Numbered from the stretch's first letter, positions 29,119-39,074 are shown. The stretch: 55,185 nucleotides of DNA from Candidatus Kaiserbacteria bacterium (GCA_020428905.1 JAGQLY010000024.1:1-55185); one strand, 5' to 3'. A program made the numbers and translations. The notes: a model not told the origin generated them from the sequence alone.

Positions 29119-30012
29119 ATGGAACACACGGCAAAAAACTTTGCGCTGCAGCTTGGGTCGCTGATTGCGCTCTATGTATCGCTCATGTCGCTTATATTTC
29201 TGCTTTTTAGCATTATTACCATTGCGTTTCCCGACCCCTTGGAGAGTTACTGGCAGGTAGACAGTGCCTCAAGTAGTATCCGTTCAAGTATCGCCATGCT
29301 TATCGTCTTTTTTCCTGCATACCTCGTCTTAACACGAAAGGTAAACACCGCACGTCGAAGAAGCGAGGACTATCTCAAATTCACAACCTGGCTGGTCTAC
29401 CTCTCACTACTTCTTGGGGGAGTAGTGCTTCTCGGCGATTTGGTGAGCGTCGTCAACACCTTCCTTAATGGAGAGTTGACGATTCGCTTCGTCCTTAAGG
29501 CACTCACCGTGTTTGTGGTCATCGGCGCGGCGTTTTTCTATTATCTCAAAGACGTCCGTGGCTACTGGCAGACGCATGAGAAGCAGTCTTTGCAGTACGG
29601 TGCAACGGTACTCACTGTGGTTGTAGTGGCACTAATACTCGGCTTCTTTCACACCGAAACACCCGCTCAAGTGCGTGAGCATACGGCCGACAATACGACT
29701 CTTGCTGATCTACAAGACATGGAGTGGCACATTGAGAACTACTACTCACTCAACGGAACAGTGCCAAAGACTCTCGAAGAAGCATACCAAGGATTCGAGA
29801 CCCCGACCGCTGTTGTGGGGCGTCGTGCGTACGAGTACAGTGTTACCCAAAACGGTTTTCAGCTGTGTGCAGAGTTCGCCTTTGTTTCTGATCCGTACAG
29901 CAACGTATACACGCGACCACTTCCGGCGGAAGAAAACATGATAAAGGGAGCTTCCAACTGGGAGCATACTGCCGGATGGTCTTGTTTCCCGCGTGTCCTA
30001 AGCATACCCTAA
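29119..30012 (+). CDS. DUF5671-like polytopic membrane protein with a C-terminal soluble domain
   Basis: 297 aa. N-terminal AKNFALQLGSLIALYVSLMSLIFLLFSIITIAFPD plus 4-5 TM segments. Family assignment is from memory. Confidence 0.6.
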   Translation: MEHTAKNFALQLGSLIALYVSLMSLIFLLFSIITIAFPDPLESYWQVDSASSSIRSSIAMLIVFFPAYLVLTRKVNTARRRSEDYLKFTTWLVYLSLLLGGVVLLGDLVSVVNTFLNGELTIRFVLKALTVFVVIGAAFFYYLKDVRGYWQTHEKQSLQYGATVLTVVVVALILGFFHTETPAQVREHTADNTTLADLQDMEWHIENYYSLNGTVPKTLEEAYQGFETPTAVVGRRAYEYSVTQNGFQLCAEFAFVSDPYSNVYTRPLPAEENMIKGASNWEHTAGWSCFPRVLSIP

Positions 30013-30032
30013 GTTGGAGAACCAGATACGAA

Positions 30033-30056
30033 AAAGGCGGTCCGCGGACCGCCTTT
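30033..30056. terminator. Bidirectional terminator AAAGGCGGTCCG|CGGACCGCCTTT between convergent genes
   Basis: 24-nt perfect palindrome flanked by A/T runs. Confidence 0.7.
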
Positions 30057-30080
30057 AGGTTGTTGCTACCTCCCTGGAAG

Positions 30081-30326
30081 TTAGCTTGGCTTCATGCCGA
30101 TGTCCCGAGCGAGGTCTTCCCGAGTACTCCAGATACCACGGTCTACTCCAATGGTCAGTATGAGTCCGACCAGGAAGAGTAGGGCACCGTATATCGGACG
30201 AAGCAGTAGCTCGTCAAAGGGCGGCTTGCACAGACCAGCTCCAGCCACCGCAATGAGTAACGGGATTGCGCGAAGCCAGAAGCCGCCAATCAAAATTTCG
30301 TTGTGGTGTTTATGCATTTTAAGCAC
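30081..30326 (-). CDS. Small two-TM membrane protein (hypothetical)
   Basis: 81-aa ORF starting at GTG 30326 or ATG 30317. It is convergent with the DUF5671 gene and divergent from leuS. Confidence 0.5.
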   Translation of the reverse strand: MLKMHKHHNEILIGGFWLRAIPLLIAVAGAGLCKPPFDELLLRPIYGALLFLVGLILTIGVDRGIWSTREDLARDIGMKPS

Positions 30327-30400
30327 CTTGTGTCAAAACCAACCCTGAACATACCAAATACGTGACAAAATACAAGTAACTTCGTATAGTAGTAGTCTCT

Positions 30401-32797
30401 ATGCATAGAAAGTTCGACCATCAAGCAATCGAGCAAAAGTGGCAAAAACGCTGGGAGGATTCCGGTATCTATGCCACACCTCCGTCCGACACCAACCAAG
30501 AAAAAGAGTACGTGCTGCTCGAGTTTCCGTATCCGTCAGGAAATCTCCACATTGGACACTGGTTTGGCTTTGCGGTACCAGACATCTATGTCCGCATGAG
30601 GCGCATGCAGGGTAAACGAGTGTTCTTTCCGATTGGTTTTGACGCCTTCGGTCTTCCGGCAGAAAATGCTGCAATCAAACACAACCTGAACCCTAAAGAG
30701 TGGACGGACGCCAATATCGCACACATGACCGACCAACTTCGCTCTATGGGGAATGCCTTTAGTTGGGACGCACTCTGTCGCACCTCTGATCCGGAATACT
30801 ACCGATGGACACAGTGGATGTTTACACAATTTTTTGAAAAAGGTCTCGCATATCAAGGTGTTGGCGTCGTGAACTGGTGTCCGTCTTGCAACACTGTACT
30901 CGCAAATGAACAGGTAGTGAACGCTGCGTGTGAGCGCTGTGGTGCAGTGGTTTTGAAGAAGGAGATGCTCGAATGGAAGCTGCGCATCACCGAGTATGCC
31001 GATCGTCTTATTGACGACCTCGAAGAACTCGACTGGCCGGAAGCAATTAAAGAATCGCAGCGTCGTTGGATTGGCAGAAGTGCCGGTGCTAAGATATCCT
31101 TCAAACTTTCAACAGGAGAAACGCTTGAGGTGTTTACTACGCGCCCTGACACACTCTTTGGTGTTACCTACATGGTACTCGCTCCGGAACACCCGCTGGT
31201 AGAACAGTACAAAGACATCATAACCAACTGGGCAGACGTCGAGGCGTATGTTGCTGCAACGCGCCAGAAAGACGAGCAAGACCGTCTCGATGACACCAAA
31301 GAAAAGACGGGGGTAAAACTTGAAGGAGTTACCGCAACAAACCCCGCAAACGGTGCGAAAGTGCCCGTCTATATTGCCGACTACGTACTCGCAGGTTATG
31401 GCACGGGTGCCATTATGGCCGTTCCGGCACACGATGAGCGTGATTTTGCATTTGCAAAAAAATTTGAGCTCCCCGTTATTTCTGTTGTGTATCAAGACGG
31501 TGGAGAGATTCGACCAACTTCAAACATGCAGGCAAATCCAGGGTCGGGGAGGTTGAAGAATTCAGGAGAATTTGATGGTATGAACTCCGAGGAAGCCAAA
31601 AAAACAATTACCGAAAAAGTGGGCGGCACGTTAACCAACACCTACCGCCTCCGCGACTGGTCAGTGGGGCGTCAGCGCTACTGGGGGGTGCCAATACCAA
31701 TCGTCTATGATCCCGAAGGGAAGCCGCATGCTGTTCCGCAAGAACATCTCCCATGGCTGCTTCCGACCGATGTTGATTTCCGTCCGACGGGAGAGCCACC
31801 ACTCGCAAAGAGTGCCGAGCTTAAGGAACGAACGGAAAAGATTTTTGGTGCCGGATGGAGACCTGCGGTGGAGACACTGGACACATTCGTGGATTCATCG
31901 TGGTTTTTCTTGCGATATCTCGACCCGCATACTACGGAGACATTTGCGACACTTGAACATCAAAAAGACTGGATGCCGATCGATCTCTATTTTGGTGGTG
32001 CAGAACACACGACCATGCACCTCTTATACTCACGCTTTTGGCAGAAGGCACTTTTTGATCTTGGTGTAGTTACTGCTGCCGAACCATACACACGTCGCAT
32101 TAATCGAGGACTCGTACTTGGTCCAGATGGAAACAAGATGAGTAAATCAAAAGGAAACGTTATTGATCCTGACGAACAGGTAAAACGACTCGGTGCCGAC
32201 ACAGTCAAGATGTATCTTGCCTTCATGGGTCCGTACGGAGAAGTAACCAACTATCCGTGGGACCTCGGCGGTATCGCCGGCATTCGTCGCTTTCTCGAGC
32301 GAGCATACGGACTTACTGATCACATCGCCGAGAGCGAACCAGAAACGACGACGCGGCTCTTGCATAAAACAATTGATAAAGTGTTTCGCGACATCAATGC
32401 ATACAAATTCAACACGGCCATCAGCGCACTCATGGTGTTTGTGAATCATGTTGAAAAGGAGGGTGTTACCGACGATTCGTATGCAATATTTTTGCGCCTT
32501 TTGGCACCATTTGCACCACATTTGGCTGAGGAACTCTGGGAGATGGCGGGGAATACCACCTCCGTCCACCAAGAAGCATGGCCACAGGCTGACTCGGCTC
32601 TTTTAACCGAAGATACGGTGACTATCGGAGTACAGATCAATGGCAAGCACCGGGGAGAAATTGCCATTGCAGCAAACGCCTCCGAGGAGGAGGCGTTTGC
32701 TGCAGCGAAGGCGAACACGAAAATCCAAGAACGCCTTACCGGAGAGGTGCGAAAGATCATTTACGTACCTGGACGAATTCTCAATATCATCGTATAG
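30401..32797 (+). CDS. leuS: Leucine--tRNA ligase
   Basis: 798 aa. PYPSGNLHIGH and KMSKSKGN class I motifs, with a CP1 editing region. Confidence 0.97.
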   Translation: MHRKFDHQAIEQKWQKRWEDSGIYATPPSDTNQEKEYVLLEFPYPSGNLHIGHWFGFAVPDIYVRMRRMQGKRVFFPIGFDAFGLPAENAAIKHNLNPKEWTDANIAHMTDQLRSMGNAFSWDALCRTSDPEYYRWTQWMFTQFFEKGLAYQGVGVVNWCPSCNTVLANEQVVNAACERCGAVVLKKEMLEWKLRITEYADRLIDDLEELDWPEAIKESQRRWIGRSAGAKISFKLSTGETLEVFTTRPDTLFGVTYMVLAPEHPLVEQYKDIITNWADVEAYVAATRQKDEQDRLDDTKEKTGVKLEGVTATNPANGAKVPVYIADYVLAGYGTGAIMAVPAHDERDFAFAKKFELPVISVVYQDGGEIRPTSNMQANPGSGRLKNSGEFDGMNSEEAKKTITEKVGGTLTNTYRLRDWSVGRQRYWGVPIPIVYDPEGKPHAVPQEHLPWLLPTDVDFRPTGEPPLAKSAELKERTEKIFGAGWRPAVETLDTFVDSSWFFLRYLDPHTTETFATLEHQKDWMPIDLYFGGAEHTTMHLLYSRFWQKALFDLGVVTAAEPYTRRINRGLVLGPDGNKMSKSKGNVIDPDEQVKRLGADTVKMYLAFMGPYGEVTNYPWDLGGIAGIRRFLERAYGLTDHIAESEPETTTRLLHKTIDKVFRDINAYKFNTAISALMVFVNHVEKEGVTDDSYAIFLRLLAPFAPHLAEELWEMAGNTTSVHQEAWPQADSALLTEDTVTIGVQINGKHRGEIAIAANASEEEAFAAAKANTKIQERLTGEVRKIIYVPGRILNIIV

Positions 32798-32883
32798 CAA
32801 GAATACTTGACGTTCTTTTCATACCGTGATACAAATGCTACTATATATACCAATTACGGAGGAAAATAAGCATTTAAAAGACC

Positions 32884-33915
32884 ATGAATGTCGTAACATT
32901 TAAGCCAAAACAAGTAACCAAAAAGTTGCTTTCGATACTTCCAGACCGTGCGCGTGATGTGCTCGAAAAACGGTACGGATTGGGCAAAACAAGCGCAACA
33001 CACACCCTCGAATCAATTGGTAAAACCTACGGTATTACACGCGAGCGTGTTCGTCAGATTGAAAACTACGGTCTTCAGTCTATCCGCAAATCTGATATTT
33101 ATGCCGAGCAGCAAGGAGTATTCGAGGAGCTTCGTGACGCACTCAACACACTTGGTGGTGTTGTAAGTGAGGATGAACTTCTCGACGAGCTTGCCCCTGA
33201 CGCATCAACACGTAATCACGTTTATTTCCTTCTCGTTCTTGGTGATCCCTTTTATAAAAACCGTGAAAATACCTCGTTCCGTCACCGTTGGTACCTTGAG
33301 CGAAAGATTCTCGATCAGGTTGAATCTGCGCTCGCTACTATTTTTGAGTCACTTACTGAAGACGAACTTGTCTCCGAAGAGGAAATTCTTGGACGTCTCC
33401 GCACTGAACTTGCCGACCTTGCGGCACAATACTCTGACGATGCGGTACTTCGTCGCTGGCTTGGTATCACTAAAGAAATTGATCGCAACCCTCTTGGCGA
33501 ATGGGGTCCTGCAACGAGTCCGAATGTCCGCGCAAAGGGTATTCGCGACTACGCATATCTCGCAGTGAAGCGACACGGCTCTCCAATGCACTTCCGTGAA
33601 GTGGCAGAAGCAATCCAGGGCCTCTTTGAAAAGAAAGCGCATGTGGCGACAACCCACAATGAACTCATTAAAGACCCGCGCTTCGTGCTTGTTGGTCGCG
33701 GTCTCTACGCACTTACCGAGTGGGGCTACTCTGCGGGTGTGGTGAAAGACGTACTTCGCGATATCTTGGTAAAAGCAGGCCCACTCACACGTGACGAAAT
33801 CATCGACCGTGTTCGCAAAGAACGCTACGTGAAAGACAACACCATCGTGGTAAATTTGCAAGACCCAAGCATTTTCAAAAAACTTCCTGACGGCAGTTAC
33901 ATGGTCATCGAATAA
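32884..33915 (+). CDS. Sigma-70 region-4-like HTH protein with a C-terminal HARE-HTH (RpoE/delta-like) domain
   Basis: R..VL..RYGL......TLE.IG..YGITRERVRQIE, and a C-terminal ..MHFREVAEAI...........THNELIKDPRFVLVGRGLYAL.EWGY. Confidence 0.7.
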   Translation: MNVVTFKPKQVTKKLLSILPDRARDVLEKRYGLGKTSATHTLESIGKTYGITRERVRQIENYGLQSIRKSDIYAEQQGVFEELRDALNTLGGVVSEDELLDELAPDASTRNHVYFLLVLGDPFYKNRENTSFRHRWYLERKILDQVESALATIFESLTEDELVSEEEILGRLRTELADLAAQYSDDAVLRRWLGITKEIDRNPLGEWGPATSPNVRAKGIRDYAYLAVKRHGSPMHFREVAEAIQGLFEKKAHVATTHNELIKDPRFVLVGRGLYALTEWGYSAGVVKDVLRDILVKAGPLTRDEIIDRVRKERYVKDNTIVVNLQDPSIFKKLPDGSYMVIE

Positions 33916-33974
33916 ACGAACAGAACCACTGCTTCCTGGTGGTACCTCAGGAAACAGGGGACTTAGGAAGCTTA

Positions 33975-34005
33975 AAAACCACACCTCACAGCGGGGTGTG
34001 GTTTT
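33975..34005 (+). terminator. Intrinsic terminator AAAACCACACC-loop-GGTGTGGTTTT
   Basis: 11-bp stem ending in a T-run. Confidence 0.65.
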
Positions 34006-34043
34006 GTGTATGCCCAGCATAGTTTTTTGTTTAGTAGTGTACA

Positions 34044-35063
34044 ATGGCATACGTTATGGAGTCCGGTGATATTTCGTTTGAAAATACTGAGTACGTAGTC
34101 GCAACATACGATAGTGAGGTACGTTCTATTGTGGGAATTCTTGTGGGAATGACATTTGCCGTCATTCTTGTAGTGTGTAGCGGCGTACTGTGGCTACTCA
34201 ATACACCAATTAATGAATTTCCCAGTAATGAACTGGTGACCATTGCGAGTGGCTCGACAGTAGTAGATATCGCAATGGAACTCAAAGAACAACGGGTAGT
34301 ACGTTCGGTGTTTTTGTTTAAACTTCTTGCACACCTCACCACTAACGGAGGACATCTTCAGGCGGGATCGTACGTTTTTCCTGAACCGCTCTCTACACAG
34401 AAGGTCGTTACTGCGCTGTATAGCGGAACATTTGTTGCGCCGCCACTACGCGCTACTTTTCCTGAAGGGTTTGTTGTTGCCGACATTTCCACATACCTTC
34501 CTGAAGGGTTTGCGTTTACCAGAGACACCCTCAGTACCCTTCCCGAAGGATATCTGTTCCCCGACACGTATTTCCTAAATGAAACAACCACTGCCGCAGA
34601 GCTCATCACCCGTATGCAGGAAAATTTCACTGCTAAGCTTGCACCACTCGCCAAAGACATCTCTGACTCTGGACTTACCGAAGATGAGGTAATTGTCCTT
34701 GCGTCTATTGTTGAGCGAGAAGCGAATGATTTGGAATCTATGCGTATCGTTGCTGGTATCCTGCTCACACGGCTCGATATCGGTATGGCACTGCAGGTAG
34801 ACGCCACTCTCGACTATATCCTAGACAAAACAAGTGCAGAACTCACTGAGGACGATCTTAACCTCGATTCTCCGTACAATACCTATAAATACCCGAACCT
34901 TCCACCAACTCCTATCGCAAACCCGGGACTCATGGCAATCAACGCGGTACTTAACCCACTACCGTCTGAGTACCTCTACTACCTTACGGATTTTGACGGC
35001 GAGTTCCACTATGCCAAGACGTTTGAGGAGCACAAACAGAACAAAAAATATTACTTGCGCTAG
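34044..35063 (+). CDS. mltG: Endolytic murein transglycosylase MltG (YceG-like)
   Basis: 339 aa. N-terminal TM. Motifs EG.LFPDTY, ASIVEREA, LQVDAT, YNTY....LPPTPIANPG. Confidence 0.92.
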   Translation: MAYVMESGDISFENTEYVVATYDSEVRSIVGILVGMTFAVILVVCSGVLWLLNTPINEFPSNELVTIASGSTVVDIAMELKEQRVVRSVFLFKLLAHLTTNGGHLQAGSYVFPEPLSTQKVVTALYSGTFVAPPLRATFPEGFVVADISTYLPEGFAFTRDTLSTLPEGYLFPDTYFLNETTTAAELITRMQENFTAKLAPLAKDISDSGLTEDEVIVLASIVEREANDLESMRIVAGILLTRLDIGMALQVDATLDYILDKTSAELTEDDLNLDSPYNTYKYPNLPPTPIANPGLMAINAVLNPLPSEYLYYLTDFDGEFHYAKTFEEHKQNKKYYLR

Positions 35064-35102
35064 CTCATTGGGCCTATTTAGGATAGTCTGACAGTACTAC
35101 TT

Positions 35103-36161
35103 ATGAAAAATACCCCCAAAACCGTGTATGTAGGCCTCTCAGGAGGTGTGGATTCGTCTGTGGCGGCGTATCGGCTTAAAAAGCAAGGCCATACTGTCGT
35201 TGGCGTATTCATCAAGGTTTGGCAGCCGGAATTTCTTACGTGCAATTGGGAAATGGAACGCCTCGATGCTATGCGTGTAGCGGCACACCTCAAGATACCG
35301 TTCTTAACTTTCGATGCAGAAGCTGCATACAAGCAAAAGGTTGCCGACTACATGATCGATGAGTATCGTAGGGGTCGAATCCCCAATCCAGACGTTATGT
35401 GCAACACGCACGTGAAATTTGGTGTTTTTCTCGATTTTGCACTACAGGATGGGGCAGACTTTGTCGCAACCGGCCATTACGCACGCGTGCAGAATCGAAA
35501 GGGGCAGTACGATCTTCTGCGTGGTGTCGATACCGAAAAAGACCAGAGTTATTTTCTTTGGATGCTGGATCAAGAACAACTCGCCCACACATTGTTTCCT
35601 GTGGGCGATACGAAGAAGAGACATATACGGGAGGAGGCAGCGCGGGCGGGACTCCCCACCTCAGACAAACCAGACAGTCAGGGAGTTTGTTTTTTAGGTG
35701 AGATCGATATGAAGGAGTTCCTCTCACACTATGTGCCCCAACAAACCGGCGACGTACTCAATGAACGCGGTGTGGTGGTGGGTACTCATGATGGAGCACT
35801 TTTTTATACGCTCGGCCAAAGACACGGCTTTACCATCACCACACACGAAACCAGGCGCGAACCACGATATGTCATAGGAAAAAATCTTGATGCAAATACC
35901 ATAACGGTCGGGAACGCACCAGTAAAACGAGAGGGGCAGACGTACACGCTCGCACAGTGTAATTTCATTGGAGAGCTGACCGAAACACTCTTTGCACAGT
36001 TTCGTTATCGACAAAAACCTTTTGCGGTAACCCTCACGCACGATGGTGGACGTGCTATGCTTACCGTGCAAGATACCGACATTGAAGCAGCGCCTTCGGG
36101 ACAATCGGCAGTACTCTACGCAGGCGAACGTTGTCTTGGCGGCGGCATACTTGAAACATAA
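35103..36161 (+). CDS. mnmA: tRNA-specific 2-thiouridylase MnmA
   Basis: 352 aa. PP-loop GLSGGVDSSVAA, CN...KF, ATGHYAR, KDQSYFL. Confidence 0.95.
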   Translation: MKNTPKTVYVGLSGGVDSSVAAYRLKKQGHTVVGVFIKVWQPEFLTCNWEMERLDAMRVAAHLKIPFLTFDAEAAYKQKVADYMIDEYRRGRIPNPDVMCNTHVKFGVFLDFALQDGADFVATGHYARVQNRKGQYDLLRGVDTEKDQSYFLWMLDQEQLAHTLFPVGDTKKRHIREEAARAGLPTSDKPDSQGVCFLGEIDMKEFLSHYVPQQTGDVLNERGVVVGTHDGALFYTLGQRHGFTITTHETRREPRYVIGKNLDANTITVGNAPVKREGQTYTLAQCNFIGELTETLFAQFRYRQKPFAVTLTHDGGRAMLTVQDTDIEAAPSGQSAVLYAGERCLGGGILET

Positions 36162-36172
36162 CCACACCACAA

Positions 36173-36997
36173 ATGGCACACATCACTAAAGCAGACGGCA
36201 CTACAGAGCTCTTTAAAGCGGGGAAGTTGCGTGCATCACTGCGCCGAGCTGGTGCAAGCCAACGGGAGGTACAGGAAATCATTACCACTATTGAGCCGAC
36301 CATTGCGGACGGCATGACAACGCAAGAAATTTACCAGCATGCCTTTGCATTACTTCGTGAACATGAGACTCCTACGGCGGCGAAGTACTCACTTCGGCGT
36401 GCCATTTTTAACCTTGGACCAACCGGCTTTCCCTTTGAAGATTTTTTGGCACGACTGTTTGAAGCAGAGGGGTATATAACAAAAAAACGTCAGATCATAA
36501 AAGGGAAGTGTGCAACACACGAAATAGATATTGCGGCATATAAAGATACTGATAGTTTTGTTGCGGAAGCCAAGTTTCATGCGCGACCAGGCATCAAGTC
36601 AGATATTCAAGTAGCAATGTACTCGTATGCACGTTTTCTCGACCTGCAAGCACGGCCGATCTGTGCTGCCGACAGATGCGGTATCAATGCCCTCTACGTT
36701 ATTACCAACACCAAATTTACTCGCGCAGCCGTACAATACGCAGAATGTGTCGGCATCAAACTGCTCGATTGGTACTATCCGCGCGGCAATTCGCTTCAAG
36801 ACCGTATCGAAGCGGCTCAACTTTACCCAATAACAGCTCTCACCACCCTTTCAGTTAGACAAAAACAAATGCTCATTGAGCACGGCATTATTCTGTGTAC
36901 CGATATTTTGCGCAAACCACGAGTACTCGGAAGTATCGGGATACCTGAGAAAAAGCGCTACGCAATACTTGAAGAAACACAGCTCCTGTGTGGGTAA
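36173..36997 (+). CDS. ATP-cone domain fused to a restriction-endonuclease-like (Mrr-type PD-(D/E)XK) domain
   Basis: 274 aa. N-terminus ITKADGTTELFKAGKLRASLRRAG (K.DG..E.F ATP-cone signature). Mid region FEDFLARLFEAEGY......HEIDIAAY....FVAEAKF (D...E.K nuclease core). Helical C-terminal ~70 aa. Confidence 0.7.
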   Translation: MAHITKADGTTELFKAGKLRASLRRAGASQREVQEIITTIEPTIADGMTTQEIYQHAFALLREHETPTAAKYSLRRAIFNLGPTGFPFEDFLARLFEAEGYITKKRQIIKGKCATHEIDIAAYKDTDSFVAEAKFHARPGIKSDIQVAMYSYARFLDLQARPICAADRCGINALYVITNTKFTRAAVQYAECVGIKLLDWYYPRGNSLQDRIEAAQLYPITALTTLSVRQKQMLIEHGIILCTDILRKPRVLGSIGIPEKKRYAILEETQLLCG

Positions 36998-37118
36998 GGA
37001 TCCGGAAGTAAGATCGTAAGATTTGACAAAACTCTCGATATATAATGCCGCTTTCTTGTATTCGTTTTCTTCATGCTATAATCCCGGGGATTATACGTGT
37101 AGATTAGTTTAGGGTTAT

Positions 37119-37670
37119 ATGTCAGAGGCAGAAAAACAAGATAGTCAGAAGACCGTAGTGGCATTTGTGGTCGGTTTATTGGTTGGTGGGTTGCTCGTGT
37201 GGGTTTTCTCATCACCATCTGAAACATCGCCGACCGACGATGCAACTGAAACTCCTGATGCGATGGCCACCGAAAAGATGTCAGATACATCTGATCACAC
37301 GGCTGCCATGGACGACACCGTGTCAATGTTAGACACCATCACTGTTGCCCCAGCACGCACCAGCGCCGCACTTAGCGTAGCAGACCAGCCCGCTGGTTTT
37401 GTGGTAGTACTTTCAGATACCACGTACCCAGCACCAACCGGTTGGATTGCAGTTCGTGAGTACATGGATGGCATTCCGGGTAATGTTCTCGGTGCTGCAC
37501 GCTTTAATGAGGAAGAGGGGCTTACTCCAACAAGTGTGAGTCTCCTTCGCGCGACCGAGTCGGGGAGTTCATACCAGGTGGTGTATTACTCTGAAAACGG
37601 CGACCGTGTATTCGACCTTGCAGACGATGCACTCGTTGAAGAAGTTTCTGCAACTTTTGTAGCTGAATAA
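37119..37670 (+). CDS. Hypothetical membrane-anchored extracytoplasmic protein
   Basis: 183 aa. TM VVAFVVGLLVGGLLVWVF, an acidic T/D-rich linker, and a beta-rich C-terminal domain. Confidence 0.6.
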   Translation: MSEAEKQDSQKTVVAFVVGLLVGGLLVWVFSSPSETSPTDDATETPDAMATEKMSDTSDHTAAMDDTVSMLDTITVAPARTSAALSVADQPAGFVVVLSDTTYPAPTGWIAVREYMDGIPGNVLGAARFNEEEGLTPTSVSLLRATESGSSYQVVYYSENGDRVFDLADDALVEEVSATFVAE

Positions 37671-37680
37671 AACAGCACAA

Positions 37681-37723
37681 CACGCACGAAAAAACCCCTT
37701 TCAAAAGGGTTTTTTTGTGCGTG
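37681..37723 (+). terminator. Intrinsic terminator (CACGCAC..AAAAAACCCC-loop-GGGTTTTTTT..GTGCGTG)
   Basis: Long interrupted hairpin with a T7 run. Confidence 0.7.
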
Positions 37724-37742
37724 GTATACTAACCAGCATCAT

Positions 37743-38528
37743 ATGGCTGATTTCACCAAACGATACAATCCAAATCGCTCCGCAGATTGGAATTATGGTG
37801 GCAAAAAATGGAAGCTCTCACGTTCAAAAATAGATTTTTTCATTGAGTGCCCACGTTGTTTTTATGTCGATAACAAGCTCGGAACCAAGCGACCAGGAAT
37901 GCCTTCATTTAATCTCAATATCGCTGTCGATGAACTGTTTAAAAAAGAATTCGACCACTACCGAAAAGAGCAGAAACCGCACCCACTCATGGAAAAGTAC
38001 GCGATTGAGGCCGTACCCTTTGCGCACAAAGACCTCGATACGTGGCGAGACAATTTTCAAGGTATTACCTATAACGACCCCGGTACGGGACTCACTGTTT
38101 CCGGTGCGATTGACGATGTTTGGCAAAAGCCGGACGGAAGTCTTATTGTTGTTGACTATAAGTCCACCTCCAAAGCAGGCACCATTGAGACACTGAGTGA
38201 TTCGTCGTGGGAGGCCCAGTACAAACGGCAGATCGGTGTGTACCAGTGGCTTCTAGAGCAAAATGGCTTTACCGTAGACTCACGCGGGTACTTCGTGTAC
38301 GCAAATGCCTCAAAAGATGAACCGGGCTTCAATGACACGCTGATGTTTGAAACAACTCTAGTACCTTGTGACGGCGACTCGTCGTGGATTCCTGATACAC
38401 TCAGGGCGATACAATCGTGTCTTGAAAGTGAAGAGATACCTGCATCAGGAGAAGCGTGTGAATATTGTCCGTACCGCGAGGCCGCAGGAAAAAAGCTGCT
38501 TGCACTCCATCAAAAATCAAAACGATAA
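37743..38528 (+). CDS. PD-(D/E)XK nuclease, Cas4/RecB-like, with a probable Fe-S Cys cluster
   Basis: 261 aa. N-terminal CPRCFY, core GAIDDVW...GSLIVVDYKS (D..D.K), QY..Q...Y, and C-terminal C..(n)..CEYCPY. Confidence 0.7.
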   Translation: MADFTKRYNPNRSADWNYGGKKWKLSRSKIDFFIECPRCFYVDNKLGTKRPGMPSFNLNIAVDELFKKEFDHYRKEQKPHPLMEKYAIEAVPFAHKDLDTWRDNFQGITYNDPGTGLTVSGAIDDVWQKPDGSLIVVDYKSTSKAGTIETLSDSSWEAQYKRQIGVYQWLLEQNGFTVDSRGYFVYANASKDEPGFNDTLMFETTLVPCDGDSSWIPDTLRAIQSCLESEEIPASGEACEYCPYREAAGKKLLALHQKSKR

Positions 38529-38529
38529 C

Positions 38530-38805
38530 ATGACCCCGTTTCAGAGAAAGGTTATTGACGTTGTGTGCGCCATACCTAAGGGAGAGACGCGTTCCTATGC
38601 TGCTGTTGCAGAGGCGGCAGGGAGTCCCCGCGCGTATCGTGCGGTCGCATCCCTCATGGCAAAAAACCACGATCCGGCCATTCCGTGCCATCGAGTCATC
38701 CATTCTGACGGCACCTTGGGTGACTACAATCGCGGTGGTATACTCAAGAAACGAAGACTTTTATTACAAGAGCAAGCTTTAACAAAAATACATGAGTTCA
38801 AATGA
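38530..38805 (+). CDS. ogt: Methylated-DNA--protein-cysteine methyltransferase, DNA-binding/active-site domain only
   Basis: 91 aa from ATG 38530. IP.GETRSY..VA...G.P.A.RAV......N...I..PCHRVI..DG.LG.Y. Confidence 0.85.
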   Translation: MTPFQRKVIDVVCAIPKGETRSYAAVAEAAGSPRAYRAVASLMAKNHDPAIPCHRVIHSDGTLGDYNRGGILKKRRLLLQEQALTKIHEFK

Positions 38806-39070
38806 TTCAAAATTGCAGGCAATTACCGACCAACAAAAGAAAGTTGAGGATAATAAGCGGCAAGCCGAGCGAGACCTCGAGCAGATGCGAGGTAAACATG
38901 CTCGAGAACTCGATTCAATGAAAGAGCGACATCGACGAGATGAAGACACGGCAACTAGGAAAATTACAGAACTGCAATCAGACCTCGCACGGCTTGCTTC
39001 AGAGTTCGCACGTCGCTCAGACGAAATTGCAAGAGAGGAAGAACGTAAACAAAAAGAAGTAAAAAAATAA
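38792..39070 (+). CDS. Highly charged coiled-coil protein (hypothetical)
   Basis: 92 aa, K/E/R/D-rich. It overlaps the ogt stop by 14 nt and ends 4 nt before ung. Confidence 0.5.
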   Translation: MSSNDSKLQAITDQQKKVEDNKRQAERDLEQMRGKHARELDSMKERHRRDEDTATRKITELQSDLARLASEFARRSDEIAREEERKQKEVKK

Positions 39071-39074
39071 TCGT

